From positions 1 to 50,064 of IMG/VR virus record IMGVR_UViG_3300032320_001659: DNA of 50,064 nt, one strand, 5' to 3'. Numbering within the stretch: the stretch's first letter is position 1; each line of letters starts with the position of its first letter. Below the pieces are notes generated by a model. The model was not told where the DNA came from, searched no databases, and saw nothing but the letters and a program-made list of their open reading frames with translations. This DNA is from a virus (taxonomy: Duplodnaviria > Caudoviricetes). Made by a program: the position numbers and the translations under genes. Below, piece after piece: positions 17,279 through 27,631 of the stretch.

Positions 17279-18049
17279 TTAATTCAAAAAGAATTCCAAA
17301 GGACTACCGTAATTTGTTTCCATTTCTTTTTCTAGTTTCTCTATTTCATCCACAGCTTCTTGGAAAACTTTATCACCATTTAATGTGACACCGCCAGGTA
17401 ACTGTAATCCTGAAAATTTTTTCATATTGTTACCCCAAGTTCGCTTGATTAATGCAGTAGCATACTCTTTGAGCCAACGATCATTCCAAACTTTAGTATA
17501 TACATCAGGATTAATCACAGCGTAACATTCTGCAATAACAACATCATCAATGAAAACATCATGACCCCAAGACCAGTCGATGTATAGTTTCTGCATATGT
17601 CTCTGAAAGCGTATAGGAACCTCTCCAGTGAACATTATCTCAAGTGATCGTAGGTGTTGCGCTGTTAATGTGTAATTGATGTAGGACGCGGAGGTGAAGT
17701 CGTATAACTCATTTAGACGCAGTTGGTATCTTAAATCAAACATGTTGACGGATGCTTGTGAATCGGTGACAGGAAATATTCTTGTGACTCCGACAATTTC
17801 CATTGCGTTATTTGATGCATCTTTTGAATTTGATAAGTCTAAGTATTTTTGATCAATATCAGTTTGTAATATTTTTTTAATATAATAAACTTTTTGAAGA
17901 CCATCAAAGTGATAATCTTGCCAATATTGAAGTGCATCATCGATTCTATCTTCTACTTGATCTTCATCAACGTTAATTTCAATCACAGGAAATCCAAGTC
18001 TACGTAAGCAGTAGCTTTTAAATTCTGATCTACTTGTTATAGCCGCCAT
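17279..18049 (-). CDS. gp13: Neck protein gp13
   Basis: YCLRRLGFPVIEINVD, WLKEYATALIK and LPGGVTLNG motifs. Confidence 0.95.
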   Translation of the reverse strand: MAAITSRSEFKSYCLRRLGFPVIEINVDEDQVEDRIDDALQYWQDYHFDGLQKVYYIKKILQTDIDQKYLDLSNSKDASNNAMEIVGVTRIFPVTDSQASVNMFDLRYQLRLNELYDFTSASYINYTLTAQHLRSLEIMFTGEVPIRFQRHMQKLYIDWSWGHDVFIDDVVIAECYAVINPDVYTKVWNDRWLKEYATALIKRTWGNNMKKFSGLQLPGGVTLNGDKVFQEAVDEIEKLEKEMETNYGSPLEFFLN

Positions 18050-18137
18050 TTTTTCAAACCTTTTTTATGATTATAATTTATTTATCATTTTTTAATAACA
18101 TAAATTTTATATCAGCACTAACGATAATGCTAAGATT

Positions 18138-18145
18138 TATTTATA
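18138..18145 (-). promoter_or_regulatory. T4-type late promoter TATAAATA upstream of gp13 (GATAAATA also at 18079-18086)
   Basis: Exact consensus in the intergenic gap. Confidence 0.7.
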
Positions 18146-18150
18146 TTATA

Positions 18151-21100
18151 TTATTCAAAAAGCAGGAAGGCACTACTAAAATTAGTACCAACGGCACTAG
18201 GATCTACTATAGACACATTGATAGATCCTGATGCTGGACTGCCTAATGTTAGAGTAAAAGTTTCTGTGCCTTCCGCAATACCGTCTATGGTCGTAGTAAA
18301 ACTTTGTGAACCGCTATTAGTATTAATTGTAAAATTTCCTGTCAAACTTGCATTATTAATATCAGCGCTAGATACACCTGTAATGGTATAAGGTACCAAA
18401 GTGCCATTAAATACATTTGTAGTAGTAAGGGTGATATTAAAACTGCCACCTTCAGTAACAGTAGTAGTAACATCGGTGCTTAAAGAATATGTGCGAGTTT
18501 TAGTATAATCAATAAGCAATACCGACACATTTGCACCTATAGTATTTAAAGTAAGTACAAAAGTTTCATCTCCTTCAGTAACATAATCTTGGGTAGTAGT
18601 AAATGTTGCACTAGCAGTATTACTGACAACGGTAAAATTACCTGTTAAACTAGCTCCATTAATATCAGCACTAGACACGCCTGTTATTGTGTAAGGCAAT
18701 GTAGTATTGTTAGCTACATCTGTAGTTGTAAGGTTAATAGTAAAATTACCACCTTCATTAAGACTGGTGGGGGTCGCACTTAACGCATAAGTAGGATGTA
18801 GTAAATTATTAATTGCAACACTAATTGAACTACCAGTACCATAAGTAGGATTTATAGTAAGTGTAAAAGTTTCAGTACCTTCAGTTACATAATCCCAAGT
18901 AGTGTTTACTACTAAACTAGCACTATTACTACTAATCGTAAAATTACCAGTTAAACTAGCATCATTAATATCACTACTACTTACACCTGTTATTGTATAT
19001 GGTACAGTTGTTCCATTTGGCAAATTAGTAGTTGTTAGAGTAATAGTAAAGCTATCGCCCTCAGTTACACTAGCAGCACTACGAGCTAAACTATAAGTAG
19101 GTAATAATGAAGTATCAACAATAGTGACCGAAATACTTCCAGCACCATTATCCAATGATAGCGTTAGCGTTTCGTTACCTTCAGTAGCAAAGTCATTGGT
19201 TACATTTAGCACAACATTTGCAGTACCGTCATTAATTGTAAAATTACCAGTTAAACTAGCTCCGTTGATGTCTGCACTAGTTATTCCAGTAATGGTGTAT
19301 GCAACTGTAGAACTATTGGGTAAATTAGTAGCTAATGTAATTGTAAGAACGGTCCCCTCATTGACTGAAGCAGCACTTCTACTTAAACTAAAAGTTGGAG
19401 GCGAATAAAAATTCCAGCCAGTAGTACCTCCACCGTTAATACTATGAGTACCAGCGTACCAACCACCACCACCTTTTGCTGTGCAATTAGCTATATTAAG
19501 ATAATCCCCACTTACTACACTATTGCCTTCAGTATTGTAAATTCCCCAGTTACTCCAGTTACCACTTCGTGATCTAATATACCTATAGCCAGAGCTGCTT
19601 GTACCTATATTAAAAGTAGAACCTTTAATAGGAAACCCGTATGCACTTAGACTATTTTTATCAGCAAGAAAGTTAACACTAGATGTAGTATAATTAAAAT
19701 CAATTTGACTAGCTGTCGGTATAGTGAAATCAGTAGCAAAACCAGCAGTAAGATATAAAGTACCTACCCCAGTATTAGGATCATATGAAATATTATTAAC
19801 TATTTTACCACCAAAATTAGTATAAAATCCAGCAGATTGATCTCCTTGCTGAGTACCGTTAATCCCATCAAATGTAGCAGTACCTGTGGAATCACTAATC
19901 ATAGGAAATCCTACACCCAGATAACCATAATCAATAGCATTGGCTCCTCTAAACACCCAATTGCTATTGCTTATATTTAATGTGCCGGAACTACCCCAAT
20001 ACGCAGAACCTAAAGTTCCAGTAACTTCAACAAATTGGCCCGATGAAGTAGTAGTGCCACCATTTATATTAATATTTTTAAATTTGAAATTACTACAGAT
20101 TATCTGAGTATTTCCGCTAATATTGACTTGTGGCCAAGCAAAACTATTATTATCTACATACATTTGGCAGGAATTGGCACTATTACCAGTACCTGCTCCC
20201 AGTATATTTACAGTAAAAGCTGCTGGTGCTGATGTGGTTCCATAAAACTCAAATTTCGGTCCATTGATAGTCCAAACACTATTATTTGCTACGGAATAGT
20301 TATTAATTATAAGACTGCTTACTTGAAAATTTGTAGTAGGTGCTAAAGTATATGTGCCAGCGTTTTCTATTAAATTAAAACTTGGTTGATTGGCAGTGCT
20401 CCTTGTACTAGAACCATGACTAACTGTACCCCCTCTAATGTATATCCAAATTTTATAATTACTGATTAATGAATCTGTTGCACTAAATGACCAAGTCATT
20501 CCTGTAGTGCCATTAATATAAATAGCTGGATCATTAAAACTTGCATAACTACTATTAATATATTTGTTAGTTGCATTTGTGCTTGTACTGCTATATTGTG
20601 ATTCTACATATAGATAACGACTTCTTATATCTAAAGTTCCACCATTGTGAACAAAATTGGTAACTTGAGCATTACCATCGTAGCTTTCCGAAAAAACTCT
20701 GGTTGCGCTATAAGCATCATAGCCCAGTTGCAGAGTTCCATTAAAAGCTGTGTCTAAAGTAACAGTACCTATTCTAAGACTTGCACTACCATTATACCAG
20801 CTTCCAAGTGTGCTAAATTTTTGGATTCTGTTATCATTTGCAAAAAAAGTAAGATTTAATTGTTGCCATTGTGTTCTATCACTAATAACCGGACTTATTC
20901 CACTTTCGCCAGTTACTAATACATCCCCAGCAATATATATTGTTCTAGCAGAAGTATTAGTAAAACAACCGCTTCCGGTACCCCAACCAGGATTAAAAGT
21001 ATAGTTATTATTAGCTATTAATTGCCAACCTTGATTGCCCAAATTTCTAGCATAAAAAACACCACTACCAGCTAGTGCAATAATATTAGACCAATAAAAA

Positions 21101-24100
21101 TTAAAACAAGCATTTGGTGCCGGCGGAGTAGCAGAAAAATCTGCCTGCCATTGACCTGTGCCATTATGCACAAATCCACACCACATTGTTTGGGCACTAA
21201 CAGCAGTAAGTGCTGAACTATACTGATAATTTATAGCTCCGGTATTAAAATTTGTAATGTAACTATCAGTTTCAAAAGTAATACCGCGAGTACCACCTGT
21301 ACTTGTAAACGTCCAAGTAGTCATTGAAGCTATATTTAAATTAGTTTTTAAAACTAGAGTTCCTGCGGTGTGCGTAACAGTACCGCCTGTCTGATTAAAA
21401 TAATTGTGTTCGTAATAATAACAATTATATGTGCCAGTATTACTTAGTGTTGCATTATATCCTCTAAGATGGTATATGTTATAAGTACATGTACCTCCTA
21501 AAGTAACAGTACCAGTAGTGTTTATACTAACAATACCATTATGATTAGTACCATCGCTGCCTATATAAACTGAAGCATTATTAGTATAACCTAAAGTTAT
21601 AGTTGGGGCATTTAAATTATATATGTATTGATTGACTCCTGAAGTATTACTACTAGTAAATGCACTTATAAGGCTACCGCTATAATCAACATAAGCACTA
21701 CCACTAACTGAGGCAGATTGCTGAACTGTTAATCCTGACATTGAACTGCTAGTATATCCAGTAAATCTTTTACAAAAAATTAAAGTAGCAGCTGAGGTTA
21801 CAGATGCACCATCTACAATAGTAAGATTTCTAACAGTAGGAGTACCATTGTTATTATTTACTGTAGAAAACCAAAAATTAAATGCAGTATCTGCATTACC
21901 ACTAGGGGTTCCTGCAAATGCAAATGTGCCAGTACTTGGATGTAAAAATCCAGCATTATCGAAAGCACAACTACCAGTTAGGGCAGGATAAGTTACATTT
22001 ATCGTACCATTATTTAATGTAGTAATAAAACTATTATCTTCAAAAGTAATACCGCGAGTTGAGCCACTATCGCTCCTAAAAGCCCAAGTAATTAGCGTAG
22101 TGCCGGTTTTAATAACTAAAGTACCAGTATTATGTGTTATAGTTCCGGCAGTTGGTGGATTAGCGTTATAGTAATTGTGTTCATAATAATAACAATTATA
22201 TGTACCATTGCCATTTAATGCTAGATTATAACCTCGCACATTATTTAAATTATAGGTAGCTGCTACACCACCTAGTGTTATTGTGCCGTTAGTACTTAAT
22301 GACATACTAGTACTACCGGTAACACCCATATTATAAGTACTGCTAGTACCACTTAATGTATAACCTACGGCAGAACACTGAGTTATATTTTGAGTGATAC
22401 TGCCTACACTATTAGTATATGCTACTATAGGATTGCCTGTATAATTAACTGTTCCACCGGCAACAGCTTGAGCTACTGTTAATCCTGTCATTGCACCACT
22501 AGTGTATCCTGTAAAGTTTTTAAGAACATTTATAGTAGTAGATGTGGTTATAATAGTACCATCTAAAATAGTAAGATTTCTAACATAACCAGAAGGAAGA
22601 GAAGTTTTTGAAAGTGTAAGATTAAATCCAGCATTTTGACTAGCTGGCACGCCTCCAAATGAAGGCGTTCCAGTACCTTCATGTAAAAATCCAGCATTAT
22701 CAAAAGCACAACTACCAGTTAGACCAGTAGTAACTGTGGATATTGCTCCACTACCAATTGTCTTAATAAAACTATTATCTTCAAAAGTAAGAGCGCGAGT
22801 TGAGCCACTACTACTATTAAAAGTCCAAGTAGTCATGGTATAACCAGACTTCATGGTTAAAGTACCAGTAGTATGTGTTACTGTTCCAGCAGTTGCTGGA
22901 TTAGTAAAACTATTATGCGTGTAAGTATAACAATTATATGTACCACTACTAGTTAAGGACATATTATAACTTCGCACATTATATAATGTGAAAGTTGCAG
23001 TAGCAGCACTTAATGTTATTGTACCAGCACCAACTATTCTTACAGTTTGTGTATCATCGTTTTGTACACCAAATCTATATGTACAACTTGGACCGCTACA
23101 AGTTATATTGGTTGCAGCAAGTGAGTTTATAACATATGTACAAGTAGTACTAGCTAAACAGTTAAAAGTAACTGTGCCAAAAGTACCTACTGTACCCATA
23201 TTTTGAGTTATAGTTTGACCATTAGTAGTATTATAAAAAGTTGGACTACAACCTGTAAATGTGTAATAAGTAGCAGTAATACCACTAACAGTACCCCATA
23301 CTGTTATAGCACTTGCAGCGGTACACGTTCCACTAATTTCAAAATTATTTACAAATCCGCTCATAGTCCAGGTAACATTGGTGCCCTCTAGTCTAACATT
23401 AGGAGCACGTGCAGAACCAGCAGCAGTTACAGCATCAGCGGGAAAAGTTACAGTACTTGCACCATTACTAAGTCCGGTAATTACTATTTTACCTGTTCTA
23501 CTACTAAGAGTACATGTACCTGAATGACCCCAACTACAATTTACTGCGGCTCCAGCAGCAGTAATATTAAGGTTAGCATTCATTGCCCAAGTTCTAGCAG
23601 TTGAGCCATTATTTACACTAGCACAACAGTTAATTTCAATGTTTTGTGTAATTGTACCACTATTAAAAGTAAATATAGAAGTAGTAGCAGATCCAGAATT
23701 TGTAACATTAACTGCGGAAGTATTAAAAGTAATTGCACCGGCACCTGTTTTAGTGACATTTAAAAGTCTTAAACTATTAGTACCAAAATTTGCTGTTGTA
23801 GAAGTTGTTCCAGCTATAGTAAAATTACCAGTACCTGTTTGATTGATAGTACCGCCTGTGTTTGAAATACTGCCGTTAAAAGTAATAGCAGCCGTGTGAG
23901 TAAAAGTAGCAGTGCCAGTAGTAATTTTTGAAAAAGTACCATTTACAGTTAAACCAGTTCCAGTAATAGTACAAGTACCACCAATTGTTAAGTTATTACA
24001 TGTTTGACCAGCTATAGTTACTGATCCAGCATTAATAACTACATCATCAGTACTAAGAGGAATGCCAGTTGGACTCCAACTGCCGGCAGTAGCCCAAGTA

Positions 24101-24132
24101 CCTGTACTACCATTCCAAGTTTTAGTTGCCAT
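18151..24132 (-). CDS. Giant Thr/Gly/Asn-rich beta-helix adhesin-like protein with four C-terminal Calx-beta/Ig-like repeats
   Basis: N-terminal WNGSTGTWATAGSW..P...DDVVI passenger-like motif; three ~250-aa internal repeats; four ~100-aa SVxEG...TEGxETFTL repeats. Confidence 0.7.
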   Translation of the reverse strand: MATKTWNGSTGTWATAGSWSPTGIPLSTDDVVINAGSVTIAGQTCNNLTIGGTCTITGTGLTVNGTFSKITTGTATFTHTAAITFNGSISNTGGTINQTGTGNFTIAGTTSTTANFGTNSLRLLNVTKTGAGAITFNTSAVNVTNSGSATTSIFTFNSGTITQNIEINCCASVNNGSTARTWAMNANLNITAAGAAVNCSWGHSGTCTLSSRTGKIVITGLSNGASTVTFPADAVTAAGSARAPNVRLEGTNVTWTMSGFVNNFEISGTCTAASAITVWGTVSGITATYYTFTGCSPTFYNTTNGQTITQNMGTVGTFGTVTFNCLASTTCTYVINSLAATNITCSGPSCTYRFGVQNDDTQTVRIVGAGTITLSAATATFTLYNVRSYNMSLTSSGTYNCYTYTHNSFTNPATAGTVTHTTGTLTMKSGYTMTTWTFNSSSGSTRALTFEDNSFIKTIGSGAISTVTTGLTGSCAFDNAGFLHEGTGTPSFGGVPASQNAGFNLTLSKTSLPSGYVRNLTILDGTIITTSTTINVLKNFTGYTSGAMTGLTVAQAVAGGTVNYTGNPIVAYTNSVGSITQNITQCSAVGYTLSGTSSTYNMGVTGSTSMSLSTNGTITLGGVAATYNLNNVRGYNLALNGNGTYNCYYYEHNYYNANPPTAGTITHNTGTLVIKTGTTLITWAFRSDSGSTRGITFEDNSFITTLNNGTINVTYPALTGSCAFDNAGFLHPSTGTFAFAGTPSGNADTAFNFWFSTVNNNNGTPTVRNLTIVDGASVTSAATLIFCKRFTGYTSSSMSGLTVQQSASVSGSAYVDYSGSLISAFTSSNTSGVNQYIYNLNAPTITLGYTNNASVYIGSDGTNHNGIVSINTTGTVTLGGTCTYNIYHLRGYNATLSNTGTYNCYYYEHNYFNQTGGTVTHTAGTLVLKTNLNIASMTTWTFTSTGGTRGITFETDSYITNFNTGAINYQYSSALTAVSAQTMWCGFVHNGTGQWQADFSATPPAPNACFNFYWSNIIALAGSGVFYARNLGNQGWQLIANNNYTFNPGWGTGSGCFTNTSARTIYIAGDVLVTGESGISPVISDRTQWQQLNLTFFANDNRIQKFSTLGSWYNGSASLRIGTVTLDTAFNGTLQLGYDAYSATRVFSESYDGNAQVTNFVHNGGTLDIRSRYLYVESQYSSTSTNATNKYINSSYASFNDPAIYINGTTGMTWSFSATDSLISNYKIWIYIRGGTVSHGSSTRSTANQPSFNLIENAGTYTLAPTTNFQVSSLIINNYSVANNSVWTINGPKFEFYGTTSAPAAFTVNILGAGTGNSANSCQMYVDNNSFAWPQVNISGNTQIICSNFKFKNININGGTTTSSGQFVEVTGTLGSAYWGSSGTLNISNSNWVFRGANAIDYGYLGVGFPMISDSTGTATFDGINGTQQGDQSAGFYTNFGGKIVNNISYDPNTGVGTLYLTAGFATDFTIPTASQIDFNYTTSSVNFLADKNSLSAYGFPIKGSTFNIGTSSSGYRYIRSRSGNWSNWGIYNTEGNSVVSGDYLNIANCTAKGGGGWYAGTHSINGGGTTGWNFYSPPTFSLSRSAASVNEGTVLTITLATNLPNSSTVAYTITGITSADINGASLTGNFTINDGTANVVLNVTNDFATEGNETLTLSLDNGAGSISVTIVDTSLLPTYSLARSAASVTEGDSFTITLTTTNLPNGTTVPYTITGVSSSDINDASLTGNFTISSNSASLVVNTTWDYVTEGTETFTLTINPTYGTGSSISVAINNLLHPTYALSATPTSLNEGGNFTINLTTTDVANNTTLPYTITGVSSADINGASLTGNFTVVSNTASATFTTTQDYVTEGDETFVLTLNTIGANVSVLLIDYTKTRTYSLSTDVTTTVTEGGSFNITLTTTNVFNGTLVPYTITGVSSADINNASLTGNFTINTNSGSQSFTTTIDGIAEGTETFTLTLGSPASGSINVSIVDPSAVGTNFSSAFLLFE

Positions 24133-24144
24133 TATTACTACTCA

Positions 24145-25407
24145 TTAAAAACCACCAACTTTTGCCGCCAGTTGCCACTTACTATTATTAGTATTATACA
24201 AGAATCCATAAATATCCCATTTGCTATTACCCGAGGTAGTTGTAGGTAAAGCCAAATCTGTAGAACCTTGAAAAGCAGCACCCCAACTTAATGTTTGTGC
24301 AAATGTAGATTGAATTCGATAAATTAATTTTTGAGCATTAAATGGTGTTCCTGTTGGATTAGTAATCGTCAAAGTACCTACAGCTCCAGTCATAATCATT
24401 TCAGATACATCATAATTATCACCATTTACAGCCCAAGTAGTTGAACTTGCGACAGTTGCTACTCTTGAGCCTTGGTAACCAGCACCTTGAGCACCTTGAA
24501 ATCCTTGATTACCTTGGATACCCGTAGTACCTTGAAATCCTTGATTACCATGAAATCCTTGAGAACCCGTAGCACCTTGAAATCCTTGATTACCTTGAGA
24601 ACCCTGGAATCCTTGAGCACCTGTAGCACCTTGAAATCCTTGATTACCTTGAGAACCTGTATTACCCTGGAATCCTTGATTACCTTGAGAACCTATATTA
24701 CCCTGATTACCTTGAAATCCTTGAGAACCTGTATCACCCTGATTACCTTGAGAACCTGTATCACCCTGATTACCTTGAGAACCCTGAAATCCTTGAGCAC
24801 CTGTAGCACCTTGAAATCCTTGTCTACCTTGAAAACCCTGGAATCCTTGAAAACCTTGAAATCCTTGAAATCCTTGAAAACCTTGAAATCCTTGATTACC
24901 TTGATTACCTTGATTACCTTGATTACCTTGAGCGCCCTGGAATCCTTGATTACCTTGATTACCTGTAGCACCTTGAAATCCTTGAGTACCTGTAGCACCT
25001 TGAAATCCTTGATTACCTTGATTACCTTGAGCGCCCTGGAATCCTTGATTACCTTGATTACCTGTAGCACCTTGAAATCCTTGAGCACCTGTAGCACCTT
25101 GAGCACCTGTAGCACCTTGAAATCCTTGATTACCTTGATTACCTTGGGTGCCCTGGAATCCTTGAGCACCTTGATTTCCTGCACCTTGATTTACTGACTG
25201 AGTTATCCAAACGAGTTGGCCACTACCACTAGTACCTAAAATTTGATTTGCAGTTCCATCAGAATTTGGTAAAGTCCAAGTAATAGTGTTGGAACCACTA
25301 GATGGACCGGTAAATGCAACGTAATTATTCGAATTAGGAATATTGAATTTTAATAAATTTTGTGAATTTATTATTATGCCATTTTTTACCTTAAAGTCTT
25401 GACCCAT
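24145..25407 (-). CDS. Collagen-like fibre protein
   Basis: About 75-80 uninterrupted G-X-Q/T triplets flanked by globular domains. Confidence 0.85.
   Translation of the reverse strand: MGQDFKVKNGIIINSQNLLKFNIPNSNNYVAFTGPSSGSNTITWTLPNSDGTANQILGTSGSGQLVWITQSVNQGAGNQGAQGFQGTQGNQGNQGFQGATGAQGATGAQGFQGATGNQGNQGFQGAQGNQGNQGFQGATGTQGFQGATGNQGNQGFQGAQGNQGNQGNQGNQGFQGFQGFQGFQGFQGFQGFQGRQGFQGATGAQGFQGSQGNQGDTGSQGNQGDTGSQGFQGNQGNIGSQGNQGFQGNTGSQGNQGFQGATGAQGFQGSQGNQGFQGATGSQGFHGNQGFQGTTGIQGNQGFQGAQGAGYQGSRVATVASSTTWAVNGDNYDVSEMIMTGAVGTLTITNPTGTPFNAQKLIYRIQSTFAQTLSWGAAFQGSTDLALPTTTSGNSKWDIYGFLYNTNNSKWQLAAKVGGF
24472..25190 (-). repeat. 9-bp collagen triplet repeat (GGTAATCAA/GGATTTCAA/GGTGCTCAA)
   Basis: Directly visible as ccttga-containing repeats on the plus strand. 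Confidence 0.95.
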
Positions 25408-25444
25408 TATAACAATATTCCTTTCGCATTAGAAATGATTTTTA

Positions 25445-27583
25445 TCAAACAGTACTATATGTAGCTCCAGTGATTTTGACTTTTACAACATTTCCTGCTG
25501 TTGCTTGCGCAAGTAATCTAACATTACTTCCATTAACATCGGCTGTAAACTCTACTAAATCATCGTTCATATTTGTTGAAAGAATTGCAAATTGAGTATT
25601 GTAAGCTGAAGTTCCATTATGAATCACGAGAATTCTACCAGTAACATAGTGTGTTGTTCCAGTAGTTACTGTTGCCGTAAATGTATATTCAGCAGAACGA
25701 TAAGTTGTTTTTACGAATGTATCTACAACACTTGCTGCTGAATTTGTAATACCAGTGACTTCAAATTCTGTACTACCTACACCATTAATTGTAATTGTAT
25801 TATCATCAGTTTGAGTAACAAGAACAGTTCCAGTACCAACAAAATTAACATCATCAGTTGTTCCGCCACCATTTAATCTTAGTTTTGCAGTATTTGCTGA
25901 TACTGAAACTGCGCTAATATCATATGTATAATTGTTGTATTCTGAAGAAACTGGAATATTATAATAATTAGATCCGTCATTTGTGAAAGTCCATCTATCA
26001 GTGGATTCTTTCCATAGTAATTTAACATTAGGTGCTGTTCCACGTTCAACTTCAACACCAGCATCTAAAGTTGGAGTTGAAGTCTCTAAAGAATTTAAAA
26101 CTATGAGTGAATCTCCAACTTCAATTGCTGTAGATTGAATTGTTGTTGTTGTACCTTGAACTATTAGGTTACCAGTAATGATTGCATTTCCGCTAACTGT
26201 AACGTTTGCTGATGTGATATCGTTAGAGTTTAGAGAACCATTGACGTTAACATCGTAGAATGTGACGTTAGCAGTTGTAGAAACATCTTGTCCGATTGCA
26301 ATTGTTGTATTACCAGAAACACCATCACCATTTGTGACAGTGACGCCTGTTCCATTAGTAATTGTTCTACTTTCAACAGTAGAATTTGTTGTTTTTACAA
26401 CGTATCCGGGTGTAGCAGAAGTGAAAGCATCTAGAGTCGAACTGTATGCTTGAACGTTAGTTCCGATGACAAGACCTAGATTTGTTCTTGCATCGCCAGC
26501 ATTAGATGCACCAGTACCACCATCAGCAACAGCTAGATCAGTAATACCACTAATTGATCCACCAGTGATTGATACGGTACTACTATTTTGTGTTGCAATT
26601 GATCCTAGACCTAGAGTTGTTCTAAGTGCAGGAGCATCAGCAGAAGAAATTACACTACGACCATATGTTGTAAGTGTGGCAACGCTTGCTGTATTTGCTG
26701 ATGTAAAATACGGAACTTTATCAGCTCCCGCAGAAACAGCTGCAAGTGCGTCTAATTGTTCATCCCATGCTTGAACGTTAGTTCCAATCACAAGTCCTAG
26801 ATTTGTTCTAGCATCTGGAGCATTAGATGCACCAGTACCACCATCTGCAATCGCTAAATCTGTAATACCAGTAATTGAACCACCAGTAATATATACGTTA
26901 TTATTAGATTGAGTCGCCATCGACTCAAGTCCCAACGTTGTTCTAGCATCTGAAGCTGATGTTGTAGCAGCTAATGAACGACCAAATGATGTAAATGATG
27001 CAGTAGAAAGAGTATTTGCGCCAGTAAAATAAGCTACTTGATCAGCAGAAGCAGATAGACCAGAGAAATTACTAAGTTTTGCATGATATGCCTGTACATC
27101 AGTTCCAATCGTAAGACCTAGATTTGCTCTAGCATCTAAAGCAGTAGATGCTCCAGTACCACCATCTGCGACTGCAAGATCTGTAATTCCCGTGATTGAA
27201 CCACCAGTAATATTTACGTTATTATTGGCTTGTGTCGCAATTGATCCTAGACCTAAAGTTGTTCTAGCATCAGATGCTGCTGCGGATCCTAGAAGTGTGC
27301 GAGCAAATGAAGTTACTGCCGAAGTTGCTACGGTATTAGCGCCATTAAAATAAATAAAATGATCTGCTCCAGGATTTCCAAGACCAGAAATATTATTTAA
27401 TATGATATTATATGCTTGTACATCTAATCCAATTGCAAGTCCGAGATTTGATCTTGCTGCCACTGCGGTATTTGCGCCAGTACCACCATAAAGAATTGTG
27501 ATGGTGTTACCACTCCAACTTCCACTTGCGTCTACTACACTAGTAGAGTTTATCTGTAGTCCGCCTTTAACCTTAAATGTCAT
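25445..27583 (-). CDS. Tail fibre-like protein with ~107-aa repeats
   Basis: DLAVADGGTGAS..ARTNLGL.IGT.VQAY repeated 3-4 times; CAGGAG RBS and an ATAAATA-type promoter upstream (27620-27627). Confidence 0.75.
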   Translation of the reverse strand: MTFKVKGGLQINSTSVVDASGSWSGNTITILYGGTGANTAVAARSNLGLAIGLDVQAYNIILNNISGLGNPGADHFIYFNGANTVATSAVTSFARTLLGSAAASDARTTLGLGSIATQANNNVNITGGSITGITDLAVADGGTGASTALDARANLGLTIGTDVQAYHAKLSNFSGLSASADQVAYFTGANTLSTASFTSFGRSLAATTSASDARTTLGLESMATQSNNNVYITGGSITGITDLAIADGGTGASNAPDARTNLGLVIGTNVQAWDEQLDALAAVSAGADKVPYFTSANTASVATLTTYGRSVISSADAPALRTTLGLGSIATQNSSTVSITGGSISGITDLAVADGGTGASNAGDARTNLGLVIGTNVQAYSSTLDAFTSATPGYVVKTTNSTVESRTITNGTGVTVTNGDGVSGNTTIAIGQDVSTTANVTFYDVNVNGSLNSNDITSANVTVSGNAIITGNLIVQGTTTTIQSTAIEVGDSLIVLNSLETSTPTLDAGVEVERGTAPNVKLLWKESTDRWTFTNDGSNYYNIPVSSEYNNYTYDISAVSVSANTAKLRLNGGGTTDDVNFVGTGTVLVTQTDDNTITINGVGSTEFEVTGITNSAASVVDTFVKTTYRSAEYTFTATVTTGTTHYVTGRILVIHNGTSAYNTQFAILSTNMNDDLVEFTADVNGSNVRLLAQATAGNVVKVKITGATYSTV

Positions 27584-27631
27584 AGCAATCTCCTGTAACT
27601 ATTTTAGTTTTTTTTATTATATTTATTTAGC

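Noticed and set aside
24472-25197. Overlapping ORFs in other frames of the collagen tracts (also 32116-33319)
   Set aside because: Frame and strand shadows of 9-bp repeats (LKSLIT/KVLKDF patterns).
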